Sequence record: DRR378314_799
Direction: 5' to 3' (one strand)
DNA length: 20,000 nucleotides
In this document: one piece after another, positions 6,225 to 15,472 of the stretch
Layout: the number at the start of each line of letters is the position of its first letter
Position numbering within the stretch: the first letter of the stretch is position 1
Position numbers and translations under genes: made by a program
Notes under the pieces: generated by a model
Told to the model about the DNA's origin: nothing
Database searches by the model: none
What the model saw: the letters and a program-made list of their open reading frames with translations, nothing else

Positions 6225-6881
6225 ATGGCTAGAAACAAGAAAGAATCCATTGTTTTGGAAACTCCGACGGGGTCCGATCACGTGCTGCTGCATTCGTGCT
6301 GCGCGCCATGTTCAGGCGAGGTTATGGAGCGCATGGCGGAAGCTGGCATTAAATTTACCATTTTCTTCTATAACCCGAATATTCATCCGGAAAAAGAGTA
6401 TTTGCTGCGTAAAGAAGAGAACATCCGCTTTGCTGAGAAGCTGGGTGTGGACTTTATTGACTGCGATTACGACTCTAAAAACTGGTTCGAACGGGTTAAA
6501 GGCCTGGAGTGGGAGCCGGAGCGCGGTGAACGTTGCACCGAATGTTTTGATATGCGCTTTGAGCGTACAGCGTTGTATGCCCATGAAAACGGCTTTGACA
6601 CCATTACCAGTTGCTTAGGTATTTCACGCTGGAAAAACATGGATCAGATAAACGACTGTGGTCAGCGCGCGGTAGCGCCATACCCTGGCCTGCACTACTG
6701 GACCTTTAACTGGCGTAAACAAGGCGGCGCGGCGCGTATGGTGGAAATTGCCAAACGTGAGCGTTTTTATCAGCAAGAATACTGCGGCTGCGTTTATTCA
6801 TTACGAGACATGAACCGCTGGCGCCTGAAAAATGGCCGTGACCGTATAGAGATAGGCGTTCAGTACTACACCAACGAATAA
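6225..6881 (+). CDS. queH: Epoxyqueuosine reductase QueH (DUF208)
   Basis: [42 protein letters not shown] Fe-S motifs. TATAAT at 6188-6193 upstream. Confidence 0.95.
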   Translation: MARNKKESIVLETPTGSDHVLLHSCCAPCSGEVMERMAEAGIKFTIFFYNPNIHPEKEYLLRKEENIRFAEKLGVDFIDCDYDSKNWFERVKGLEWEPERGERCTECFDMRFERTALYAHENGFDTITSCLGISRWKNMDQINDCGQRAVAPYPGLHYWTFNWRKQGGAARMVEIAKRERFYQQEYCGCVYSLRDMNRWRLKNGRDRIEIGVQYYTNE

Positions 6882-6890
6882 CTCACACCT

Positions 6891-6932
6891 AAAAAAAGCC
6901 CCGGACGCTGGGAAGAGAGACGCCCGGGGCTA
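6891..6932 (-). terminator. Rho-independent terminator of the TonB receptor gene, large C/U-rich loop
   Basis: Minus strand AGCCCCGGGCG-TCTCTCTTCCCAG-CGTCCGGGGCT-TTTTTT, between convergent queH and the receptor. Confidence 0.85.
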
Positions 6933-6955
6933 CACGTGAAAGCTAATAAGTATTA

Positions 6956-9115
6956 TTAAAACTGGTAACTTAGCGACGCTGAGTAATTTGCTGGCGCGCC
7001 GTAATAACCTTGCGCCCAATATAAACTATTGAGGTACTTTTCATCGGTTACGTTATAGCCGTTAACTCGTACTGATAAAGCATCCGTAATTTGCCAACTA
7101 GCCATTAAGCCTAACCGTCCGTATGCGGGCTGGCGAGTTATAATCGTCTCTCCTGCATTGCTATACATAGATCCGACAGTACCCTGTACTCGACTCGTTT
7201 CGTCCTGCCACTGATAAGTCGCGCCCAATTTTAACTGTGGTAGTTGTGGGAATTGATAAGTCAATGACGTCCGGAATAGTTTTTCCGCTGTATAGTTCTC
7301 AACTAACTCATCGCCGTCGACATCAAATACTGTTGCGGACATTTGACCTTGTAAGCCTGGGATAATTTCTCCGGCCAGTTCCATCTCCAGCCCTTCGCTG
7401 CTGATACCGTCGGCAGCGCGATAAACCGGTTCGGGTAGTCCTGTTTCCGGATTAATGGCATCCCCGTCACCGACAGCTAAGTTTTCTTGATCGATATGGA
7501 AGTAAGAAAGACTCAGTAGCGCGCGTCGATTAAAGAGATCTGCTTTTAATCCGATTTCAGAGTTCTTACCGGTCAACGGTTCCAGGCGTTCAAAGTTCTG
7601 GTCGCGCTCAGTTTGAGCAAGGAATGTCTCAGTGTAAGATGCGTAGGTCGTTAAGGCATCATTGATAGCATAGGTCACCCCAACATAAGGAATGAATTTT
7701 GCGTCATCGCGCGATTGATCGACACCATAACCGACGCCCTCGGTTGTGAAGTCGTTGTAGCGTCCTCCGAGTAGAACTTTTAAATTATCGCTAAGTGCTA
7801 ATCGAGTTTGTGCGTAAACGGCTTTTTGTGTGTTATCAACAACACTTCCAGCCCGCGAATCGGTGAATTCAGGTAAAGGAGTATCTCCATCCCAGTCTCT
7901 AAGAGACGGCATAGCGGGGAAACCATTTCCGGTATGGTAGTCATAAAGGGAATAATCGACATAGTCTAGACGCGAGTAGTTAGCACCCACGACGACCTCA
8001 TGTAATTGACCCCAGGCTGCAAATGAACCGCTAGCGTACAGGTCGAGGGTATCTTGTTTATTATCCAGATCGTATTCGCTGCCATAGCCAATAAGTCCCA
8101 GTCCTGTTTCAGGATCGAGACCGACTTCTGAGTCAGCTAAATAAGTATAAAATAATAAGCTGTCCTCGTCAGTACGCACTCTGTTGTAGGCTGCGCGTAA
8201 TGTCCAGCTGTCGGATAGTGCAGTCTCAATATCGACAAAACTGCGGCTCTCGCTAACTTCCCACTCTGACCAATCCGCTGCGACATTGGTTGATTCGTCG
8301 AAGTCAGTTGGGGTGCCGTCGCCATAATATAGAGTTAAGGCGCCCCACATATTGCCATCGGTGTGACTTTTGTGTTCGCTGTGCCCCACCGTTAGAAGGG
8401 TATTGTCAGACAATGCGAAGTCAGCAACGCCATAGAACAATTTAGTATCGTTTTCATAACGATCTAAGTAGGACTCACCGCTATCAGTTGCACCGACAAA
8501 GCGAGCTCGGATGCGATCATTGATTTTGCCTGATGCGTCTACTTCCAACCGCTTGTTATCCCAAGAGCCAAGACTACCTTCAAGACGAACCTGAGTGTCT
8601 GATGTCGGGCGTTTGCGAACCATATTGACTGTGGCTGCGGGGCTACCGACACCAGTCATAATACCGTTGGCACCGTGAATTACCTCTACACGCTCATACA
8701 ATGCTGTATCAACTCGTCCATGCGTATTGCTATTGATCAGCGGAAGACCAAGCCCGTCAATTTGAAAGTTGTTGAGTTCAAATCCTCTTGAGGTGTAATA
8801 AACGCGGTCAGTTTCTACGTTTTCTACATTAACTGCAGCTGCGCTTTCCAGCACAGAGTTAATGTCATTGAGACCAAAGTCTTCGATTTGTTGACGTGTT
8901 ATGACGGTAACCGCTTGTGGAGTTTCTTTAATGGTAAGACCTAGCTTTGTTGCACCATCTGCATCAGAGCTTCGGTATCCATCTTGTTCCTGCCCGGTGA
9001 CTTTCAAACGCTCTATGACTTTATCTGTTTGTTGTGGCTCTTCGGCTGCAGCCTTTACGGGTAAGCCGATAGCGGCCAGAATGCTAGCCGCCAGAACAGT
9101 CTTTTTAATCTTCAT
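6956..9115 (-). CDS. TonB-dependent siderophore receptor, FhuE/FpvA/PupA family, no N-terminal signalling domain
   Basis: Signal peptide, TonB box-like ERLKVTG, ATKLGLTIKETPQAVTVITRQQIED, YERVEVIHGANG.MTG.GSPAATVNMVRKRP, N.TDEKY, C-terminal Phe. Confidence 0.93.
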   Translation of the reverse strand: MKIKKTVLAASILAAIGLPVKAAAEEPQQTDKVIERLKVTGQEQDGYRSSDADGATKLGLTIKETPQAVTVITRQQIEDFGLNDINSVLESAAAVNVENVETDRVYYTSRGFELNNFQIDGLGLPLINSNTHGRVDTALYERVEVIHGANGIMTGVGSPAATVNMVRKRPTSDTQVRLEGSLGSWDNKRLEVDASGKINDRIRARFVGATDSGESYLDRYENDTKLFYGVADFALSDNTLLTVGHSEHKSHTDGNMWGALTLYYGDGTPTDFDESTNVAADWSEWEVSESRSFVDIETALSDSWTLRAAYNRVRTDEDSLLFYTYLADSEVGLDPETGLGLIGYGSEYDLDNKQDTLDLYASGSFAAWGQLHEVVVGANYSRLDYVDYSLYDYHTGNGFPAMPSLRDWDGDTPLPEFTDSRAGSVVDNTQKAVYAQTRLALSDNLKVLLGGRYNDFTTEGVGYGVDQSRDDAKFIPYVGVTYAINDALTTYASYTETFLAQTERDQNFERLEPLTGKNSEIGLKADLFNRRALLSLSYFHIDQENLAVGDGDAINPETGLPEPVYRAADGISSEGLEMELAGEIIPGLQGQMSATVFDVDGDELVENYTAEKLFRTSLTYQFPQLPQLKLGATYQWQDETSRVQGTVGSMYSNAGETIITRQPAYGRLGLMASWQITDALSVRVNGYNVTDEKYLNSLYWAQGYYGAPANYSASLSYQF

Positions 9116-9158
9116 TATTCCCCTCGAATCTTAGATTTGGTCTAAATCGAGGTGGATC

Positions 9159-9181
9159 CTAAATGAAAACGATTCGTGTTT
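9159..9181. promoter_or_regulatory. Possible degenerate Fur box upstream of the first receptor
   Basis: AAATGAAAACGATTCGTGT partially matches AATGATAATCATTATCATT; weak, supported mainly by context. Confidence 0.3.
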
Positions 9182-9187
9182 AAAGTT

Positions 9188-9658
9188 TTATTTCACCCAA
9201 GTCTCAGGAAGTTCCCAATGAGCTTGATGAACGTCACCATTCCAGGTTTGCAGAGTGACCCAAACGCGTTGCTGCGGTTCAAGCTTTTGTGGTGCTATGG
9301 CATGAACATGCTGCAATAACTCACTGCCATGTAAAATGCCGACATCATCTTGTTGCAGTTCTTCAATAGCAATTGGCTCCTCGCCAATGCTCACGTAACC
9401 CTGACGAATATCACTGACTTTCCCTTCGTTAACGTAGGCTGAAAAGTCTTTCACCCAGTCTTCGTGGTGCGCGTAAGGCGCTTCATTATTTGCTGGTTGT
9501 AAGGCTACTTTAAACGGGCCTACGGCTTTTTCATCCCAGACGGGAGGCAGCTCTGGTAGCTGCAGTTGCTGGTACAGAAAGTAAAAGGGCAGAATAAGAA
9601 TTAAGCCGCTGAGCTTAAATTTATTGCGGTTCCAGAAGGTATTTTTACGGCGCGCCAT
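9188..9658 (-). CDS. FpvH-like single-pass membrane protein (partner of the ferri-siderophore reductase)
   Basis: FW..NKFKL..LILILP, VGPF, NEAP, KDF, WVTLQTWNGDVHQA match recalled Pseudomonas FpvH motifs (FW.KWRFHL..LLL.IP, VGPW, NEAP, WITMEGWDGSMHQA). TAATG coupling to the upstream PepSY gene. Confidence 0.7.
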   Translation of the reverse strand: MARRKNTFWNRNKFKLSGLILILPFYFLYQQLQLPELPPVWDEKAVGPFKVALQPANNEAPYAHHEDWVKDFSAYVNEGKVSDIRQGYVSIGEEPIAIEELQQDDVGILHGSELLQHVHAIAPQKLEPQQRVWVTLQTWNGDVHQAHWELPETWVK

Positions 9659-10803
9659 TAATGAGCTCCTTCATTCTGTAACGACTCTTGCAGCGGTGTG
9701 CGTTTGGCTTTTGCCGCTTTCACCGTGCGAGAACCCCAAATCAAAAATCCGGTAATGGACATAGCCGATAAAATAAGACCAAAAATAAACCAAATGGCTT
9801 TAGTCCAGATACCGCCAATGGTGCCGTAGTGCAGAGGGTCAACAATATGCTGAATGGTCTGCAGGGTATTCATGTTGTCGGGCGAAACGGCTCGCGCTAT
9901 TTCACCGTTCCAGGGGTTAATATCCAGCCTGTAGGAGTACTGATCGTAGAAGATAAAGTCGCCACCGCCCATAATTTTGAACATGTCACGGTTATGCTCA
10001 GGCATCATAATGAAGCTGGGGCGGATATCGGGGAAGCGCTGCTCCGCTATAAGCAAGGCGTTTTCAAAAGACACCGGAGCTTGTGCTTTTTCTCCCATAG
10101 GAATGTCAGATACTTCAACCAGCGGAGCGTGTTCTTCAATATCAATGTCTGCGTGCCAGAGCACTTGCTGAGTAAAATACCAGAGGCCAGTTAAACTCAT
10201 AACAATGAGGAACCAGATGGACCAGGCGCCGCCGTGCTTATGTAAGTCGGTTAAAAGGGTTTTTTTGCCTTGCTTGGCACGAATTTTAGGTTGCGAGTAG
10301 GCACGCCAGAACCTTTTATAAATGACCAGGCCGGTAACCAGAGCGCCAATCATGACAAAGGACATGCCCGAAACCAGGTAATAACCCACGCTGTAGCCGT
10401 CTTGCCAGGGGAATAGCAACCAGCTATGCAGTGAGCGCATAAAGTTAATAAAAGTAATGCCCTGATTAACTTCCTGAATTTCGCCGGTGTACTGGTTTAC
10501 ATAGGCAATACCCATCGGGATGTTTTCATCGGAGAAAACGACGGCGTTAATAATATAAGGCTCAAAAGTCATTACCGTCGTAACGTTGGCCGTTGGAAAC
10601 TGATCTTTGACGGTAGCAACTAACTCCGAGATAGGCTGAGCGGGTAAATTGTCTGGGTTAACCGCGCGCGCATTTTCGTTGAACAACCAAGTTAGCTCGT
10701 GACTGAATACGGCGATGGTACCGGTAATGCAAATAAAGCAAAACAGGATCCATATTGGCAGCGAGCACCACCCATGTAATTTAAACCATTGCCTTTGCGT
10801 CAT
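9658..10803 (-). CDS. PepSY-associated TM helix protein, FpvG-like ferric-siderophore reductase
   Basis: WFKLHGWCSLPIW...TGTIAV, YVNQYTGEI, RSLHSWL, LVTGLVIYKRFW, DLHK..G.WSIWF, PLHYGTIGG..TKAIWFIFG; four conserved His residues. Confidence 0.88.
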   Translation of the reverse strand: MTQRQWFKLHGWCSLPIWILFCFICITGTIAVFSHELTWLFNENARAVNPDNLPAQPISELVATVKDQFPTANVTTVMTFEPYIINAVVFSDENIPMGIAYVNQYTGEIQEVNQGITFINFMRSLHSWLLFPWQDGYSVGYYLVSGMSFVMIGALVTGLVIYKRFWRAYSQPKIRAKQGKKTLLTDLHKHGGAWSIWFLIVMSLTGLWYFTQQVLWHADIDIEEHAPLVEVSDIPMGEKAQAPVSFENALLIAEQRFPDIRPSFIMMPEHNRDMFKIMGGGDFIFYDQYSYRLDINPWNGEIARAVSPDNMNTLQTIQHIVDPLHYGTIGGIWTKAIWFIFGLILSAMSITGFLIWGSRTVKAAKAKRTPLQESLQNEGAH

Positions 10804-10835
10804 TCCAACTCCCCCGAGAAATTTTCCGAAATGAT

Positions 10836-10892
10836 ATTGTAAATACGAACAATTATCAAATACAATGTGTCGATAACAATTCTCATTTACAA
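10836..10892. promoter_or_regulatory. Overlapping divergent promoters with Fur box(es)
   Basis: Plus strand TTGTAA(10837)-N18-TACAAT(10861); minus strand TTGTAT(10865)-N18-TACAAT(10841). Fur 7-1-7-like CGATAAC-A-ATTCTCA at 10871-10885, and a weaker TACGAAC-A-ATTATCA at 10844-10858. Confidence 0.7.
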
Positions 10893-10913
10893 AGTTTGGT
10901 CGGGAGACAATTC

Positions 10914-13061
10914 ATGAAGGCATTTGCCAGAAATTTCATAGCCACAGCGGTAGCATCCGCGCTGTTAAGCTCCGCTGCTGTAGCCGCACAAAACGAAGCT
11001 TCTGCTGAAGAAAACAAAGAAAAAGCAGGAACGCAGGAAAAGATTTTTGAACACATTAAAGTTACCGGTAGTTCTTTAGATCAGGCAACAACAGCTACTG
11101 GGTTACCGTTAACTCTGCGCCAGACACCCCAATCTATTTCTATTATTGACCGCACCTTTATAGACAGCTTCTCACTCGATACGGTTGCCGATGTGATGCA
11201 GTTTGCTCCGGGTATTCAGGCGCAACAGGCCGAAACTGACCGATTTTTCTTCCGTGCACGTGGCCGCGATGTGACCAACTTCCAATTTGACGGTGTGCCT
11301 ATTGCATACAACAGCTTCTTTAGTGAAGCATTGGCGGACTCCGTTATTTTTGAACGCGTTGAAATTGTGCGTGGCGCGACAGGCTTGTTAACCGGTGCAG
11401 GAGAACCTTCTGCTGCCATTAACCTTATTCGTAAACGACCTAAAGCGGAAGATGGTGGTTATGCGAGCCTGGGGATTGGCTCCTGGAGTAACTACAGAGT
11501 AGAAGCTGACCACTCTCAAACTTTGTCTGAGGATGGAAACGTAAAAGGACGTGTTGCGCTTGCCTATGAAGAAGGTGACAGTTACGTCAATTTGTCCGAA
11601 AAAGAAAACGCGCAAATTTACGCTGTTGTAACTGCTGATTTGACGACTCAAACACGTTTAACCATGGGCGCTGATTATAGCGAGCGTAACCCCAAAGGAA
11701 GTATGTGGGGTGCATTACCTCTGTTTTATGATGACGGTACGCAGGCTGATGATTTGCCAGTTAGTACGACAACAGCATCACCTTGGAATAGATGGGATAG
11801 AGAGAGTACCAGCGTATTCGTTCAGCTAGAGCATGCTTTTGATAACGGCTGGGATATTCAACTGGATGTTGAACGTCGTGAAGATGATATGGACGGGTAT
11901 CTTTTGTATTTCTCCGGTTTTCCAAACAAAGATACCGGACAAGGCTTAGGAACATCGCCGAATCATTATGTTGCTGAACGCGAGCAAACTTCCTATCGGT
12001 TTTTGGCGTCAGGTCCTTTCGAGCTATTTGGTCGTGAGCATCAATTAACCGCAGGTGCTCTGAGTTCTGAACAAAATGTTGATTCCGTATCTTATAGCAG
12101 TGCTGATGCCATAGACGTGCCTAGTTTGTTTGACTGGGGGAACGGGGTCGATCCCATTAACTTTAGCGACACTCCAGCTTATGGAACGTATGAATCATAT
12201 AAGCAAAAAGGGGTATACGCTGCAGCTCAATTGAGTTTAACGGATGACTTAACTGCTATTTTAGGTAATAGAATTACAACCTATGACACTTTTGTAGAGT
12301 CACCCTGGTCGCCAAGCGATTATAAAAACTCAGGCGTTAACACCCCTTATTTTGGGCTGGTTTATGATGTCACAGATGTCATTTCAACTTATGCCAGCTA
12401 CACGGAAATTTTTAAACCTCAAAGCGCGCGAAATGCAGAAAATGAACTCATCGGCCCGGTGGAAGGTTCAAACGCAGAATTGGGCGTTAAAGGCGACTTC
12501 TTTAATGAAGCTTTAACAGCCAGTGTTGCCGTCTTTAAAGTGAAAGAAGATAACCTAGCGATTAATGACCCCGATAACCCGGATTTCCTACCAGGCACTA
12601 CTATCCAGCCGTCTATCGGAGTTGATGGTGCCGAAAGTGAAGGTTATGAGTTTGAGTTAAATGGTAAGCCAACCGATTCACTGAATATTTTCTTCAGTTA
12701 TACGCACAACGAGTCGGAAGATCGTGATGGTTCAGACTATGCGCCTTATTTACCCGAAGACATGGTGAAAGCCAGCGTACTTTATACTGCCACAGATGCA
12801 TTGAAAGTCGGTGTGAACGCTAACTGGCAGAGCAAAATATCGTCTAACCCAAATATCGGTCCAAATGGCGAAACCTTTACTCAGGACAGCTACACCGTCG
12901 TGAATGCCATGGCCAACTATAAGCTAAGCCAAAACTGGGATCTGAGCTTTAACGTCAACAACCTGTTCGATAAAAAGTACTATTCCAGCATCGACTTTTA
13001 TAATCAGGGCTTTTTCGGTGCTCCGCGTAATGTGGAACTGAGTGTTAAATACGCTTGGTAA
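10914..13061 (+). CDS. TonB-dependent siderophore receptor, FhuE/FpvA family (paralogue of 6956-9115)
   Basis: Signal peptide, EHIKVTG, TATGLPLTLRQTPQSISII, FERVEIVRGATGLLTGAGEPSAAINLIRKRP, NNLFDKKYY, C-terminal Trp. GGGAG RBS supports ATG 10914. Confidence 0.93.
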   Translation: MKAFARNFIATAVASALLSSAAVAAQNEASAEENKEKAGTQEKIFEHIKVTGSSLDQATTATGLPLTLRQTPQSISIIDRTFIDSFSLDTVADVMQFAPGIQAQQAETDRFFFRARGRDVTNFQFDGVPIAYNSFFSEALADSVIFERVEIVRGATGLLTGAGEPSAAINLIRKRPKAEDGGYASLGIGSWSNYRVEADHSQTLSEDGNVKGRVALAYEEGDSYVNLSEKENAQIYAVVTADLTTQTRLTMGADYSERNPKGSMWGALPLFYDDGTQADDLPVSTTTASPWNRWDRESTSVFVQLEHAFDNGWDIQLDVERREDDMDGYLLYFSGFPNKDTGQGLGTSPNHYVAEREQTSYRFLASGPFELFGREHQLTAGALSSEQNVDSVSYSSADAIDVPSLFDWGNGVDPINFSDTPAYGTYESYKQKGVYAAAQLSLTDDLTAILGNRITTYDTFVESPWSPSDYKNSGVNTPYFGLVYDVTDVISTYASYTEIFKPQSARNAENELIGPVEGSNAELGVKGDFFNEALTASVAVFKVKEDNLAINDPDNPDFLPGTTIQPSIGVDGAESEGYEFELNGKPTDSLNIFFSYTHNESEDRDGSDYAPYLPEDMVKASVLYTATDALKVGVNANWQSKISSNPNIGPNGETFTQDSYTVVNAMANYKLSQNWDLSFNVNNLFDKKYYSSIDFYNQGFFGAPRNVELSVKYAW

Positions 13062-13084
13062 ACACATAAAACTTGACCTGGAAG

Positions 13085-13111
13085 AGGCTGTGCTTTTGCA
13101 CGGCCTTTTTT
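13085..13111 (+). terminator. Rho-independent terminator
   Basis: AGGCTGTGC-TTTT-GCACGGCCT followed by a T-run. Confidence 0.9.
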
Positions 13112-13241
13112 GTGCCTAAATTTTGACACTGTTATTTTGTAACATTACTTGTCTGATTATTGACAAGTTTCGGTAAGACTATGACTATAGCTTTTATTAG
13201 AGGTTATTGTTCCCTCCCTAACAATTAACAGAAGAGACACT

Positions 13242-15407
13242 ATGAAAAAGTTATTGATTGCTTTGTCTGTAGTCAGCTGTTTTGCTGCAGCCGATGAAGG
13301 TATGTGGATGCCTAAACAGTTGCCGGAAATTGCCGATAAGCTGAAGGCGGCAGGTCTGACTATTGACCCTAATGATATTTCTAAATTAACTGAGTTTCCC
13401 GCTGCTGCCATTGTCAGCCTGGGTGGTTGTTCGGCCTCGTTTGTGTCACCAGACGGGTTAGTAGCAACCAACCATCATTGCGCTTACAACAGCATTGCTC
13501 ATAACTCGACGCCAGAGAACGACTTGCTCGCTAATGGCTTTTTAGCCAAGGATTTAGATGCAGAAGTACCGGCGGCACCGGGCAGCCGCATTTTTGTGAC
13601 TAAAGCGGTCGATGAAGTCACTAATAAGGTGATTGATGCCAAGGTAACCGAGTTAACCGGCAAAGCGCGTCTGGACGCGATAGAAGATAACCAGAAAGCT
13701 TTGGTAGCAGAGTGTGAAGAGGACGAAGGGCATCGTTGCACGGTAGCTGCATACTACGGCAGCCTCGAGTATTACCTTATTAAGCAACTGGAAATTAAGG
13801 ATGTTCGCTTAGTCCATGCACCGGCAAGTGGTGTGGGCAAATTTGGCGGCGACACCGATAACTGGATGTGGCCACGTCATACTGGCGACTACAGCTTTTT
13901 ACGCGCCTATGTCAGCCCGGAAGGTGAGTCAGCGGATTACAGCGAAGACAACGTACCTTATAAACCGGATTACCACTTAACGATAGCCAGTGAAGGCCTG
14001 GAAGAAGGTGATTTTGTTATGGCTCTGGGGTATCCGGGCCGCACGAACCGTCACCGCCTGCCGTCTGAAGTAAAAGAAACCTTTGAATGGAGCTATCCTA
14101 AAACAGTTGAACAGTTTCAGGATTCACTGGACATTATTGCCCGGGAAACAGCCGACGATAAAGATGCGGAGCTCAAGTACGCCAGCCGTGTTGCTGGCCT
14201 GAACAATTACCTGAAAAACCGTCAGGGTATGCTGGACAGCTTTGCGAACAGCGACTTGCTGGAACGTAAGCAACAGGAACATAAAGAGCTGACTGAGTGG
14301 GTAAACGGCGACCGTACGAAAAAAGCGTTGTATGCCGATGGGCTTAATACAATTGATACGTTGCTACAGCAGCGCCATAAGAAAAGTCGTGCTGATTACC
14401 AGCTAAATAATGCAACGCCGCGCTTGCTTTCTGTTGCCCGCGCTGTTCACCGTTTGGCTCAGGAAGGCACCAAGCCTGATGCAGAGCGTAAAGCCGGTTA
14501 TCAGGAACGTGATGTTCCACGCTTCCAGTCATACCTGGCCGGTATGGACAGAAATTTTGACGCTAAGGTTGAGAAGGCATTAGATCTGCACAATCTGAGC
14601 AGCTACATGGCACAGCCTAAGTCAGAGCGCGATGCCGCTTTCGATAAAGCTATGGGTCTGCGTGATGGCATGAGCAACGACGAGTTAAGCGCGTTAATTG
14701 ATGGTTGGTATGAAAGCACTAGCTTACTTGACCGAGATAACCGTATGGCGTTACTGGAGTTTGACCCGGAACAGTTTGAGCAAAGCGAAGATCCGTTCGT
14801 TAAAGCCGCTGTCGCACTTTATCCTTCCGATTTAGAAGATGAGAAAAAGAGCGAAGAACTTTCCGGTAAAATTCAGCAAGCCTACGCTGACTACATGCGC
14901 GCAAAAATTGCCTTTATGCAAAGTAAAGGAGAGGCGGTGTACCCTGATGCGAACAGCACGCTGAGAATTACCTATGGTAACGTTGCAGGCCGCGACCATG
15001 GTACCGAAGACGGTAATGCCTGGGCACCTTTTACTACCTTGCGTGGTGTAACAGAAAAAGCCACTGGTGAAGGGGAGTTTAATGCGCCGGAAGAACAACT
15101 GAAGGCGATTGAAGCGGGTGACTTCGGTCCTTATGAAAAAGCGGATTTAAATTCTGTACCTGTGAACTACCTTGCCACTTTGGATATTACCGGTGGTAAT
15201 TCAGGTTCTGCGGTTTTAAACCATAAAGGCGAGTTTGTCGGCCTGGCTTTTGACGGCACGCTGGATTCCATTATTTCCGATTGGGATTTCAACCTGGAGA
15301 ACACCCGTTCTATTCAGGTGGATACTCGCTACATGCTGTGGCAGATGGAATACGTTGACCATGCGGATAATCTGCTGAAAGAGCTGGGTGTTAGTACAAG
15401 CCAGTAG
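13242..15407 (+). CDS. S46-family dipeptidyl peptidase (DPP7/DAP BII type), exported
   Basis: Signal peptide then DEGMWMP; TNHHC (His), DNWMWPRHTGD (Asp), DITGGNSGS (Ser). GLAFDG has Gly at the S1-determining site, not the Arg of DPP11. Confidence 0.95.
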   Translation: MKKLLIALSVVSCFAAADEGMWMPKQLPEIADKLKAAGLTIDPNDISKLTEFPAAAIVSLGGCSASFVSPDGLVATNHHCAYNSIAHNSTPENDLLANGFLAKDLDAEVPAAPGSRIFVTKAVDEVTNKVIDAKVTELTGKARLDAIEDNQKALVAECEEDEGHRCTVAAYYGSLEYYLIKQLEIKDVRLVHAPASGVGKFGGDTDNWMWPRHTGDYSFLRAYVSPEGESADYSEDNVPYKPDYHLTIASEGLEEGDFVMALGYPGRTNRHRLPSEVKETFEWSYPKTVEQFQDSLDIIARETADDKDAELKYASRVAGLNNYLKNRQGMLDSFANSDLLERKQQEHKELTEWVNGDRTKKALYADGLNTIDTLLQQRHKKSRADYQLNNATPRLLSVARAVHRLAQEGTKPDAERKAGYQERDVPRFQSYLAGMDRNFDAKVEKALDLHNLSSYMAQPKSERDAAFDKAMGLRDGMSNDELSALIDGWYESTSLLDRDNRMALLEFDPEQFEQSEDPFVKAAVALYPSDLEDEKKSEELSGKIQQAYADYMRAKIAFMQSKGEAVYPDANSTLRITYGNVAGRDHGTEDGNAWAPFTTLRGVTEKATGEGEFNAPEEQLKAIEAGDFGPYEKADLNSVPVNYLATLDITGGNSGSAVLNHKGEFVGLAFDGTLDSIISDWDFNLENTRSIQVDTRYMLWQMEYVDHADNLLKELGVSTSQ

Positions 15408-15433
15408 TTATTATTTAACGTATTAGCTATAGC

Positions 15434-15472
15434 AAAACCACCATCGTTAATTTTTAGCGATGGTGGTTTTTT
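15434..15472 (+). terminator. Rho-independent terminator (possibly bidirectional)
   Basis: AAAACCACCATCGTTAA-TTT-TTAGCGATGGTGGTTTT-TT. Confidence 0.9.

Noticed and set aside
13178-13200. Fur box upstream of the S46 peptidase
   Set aside because: Too many mismatches to the 7-1-7 consensus.
13157-13471. Short antisense or alternate-frame ORFs in the track (this one, 242-430, 2450-3251, 6250-6618, 9829-10194, 15647-15940 and others)
   Set aside because: They are shadows of well-supported genes, with no convincing RBS or family motifs.
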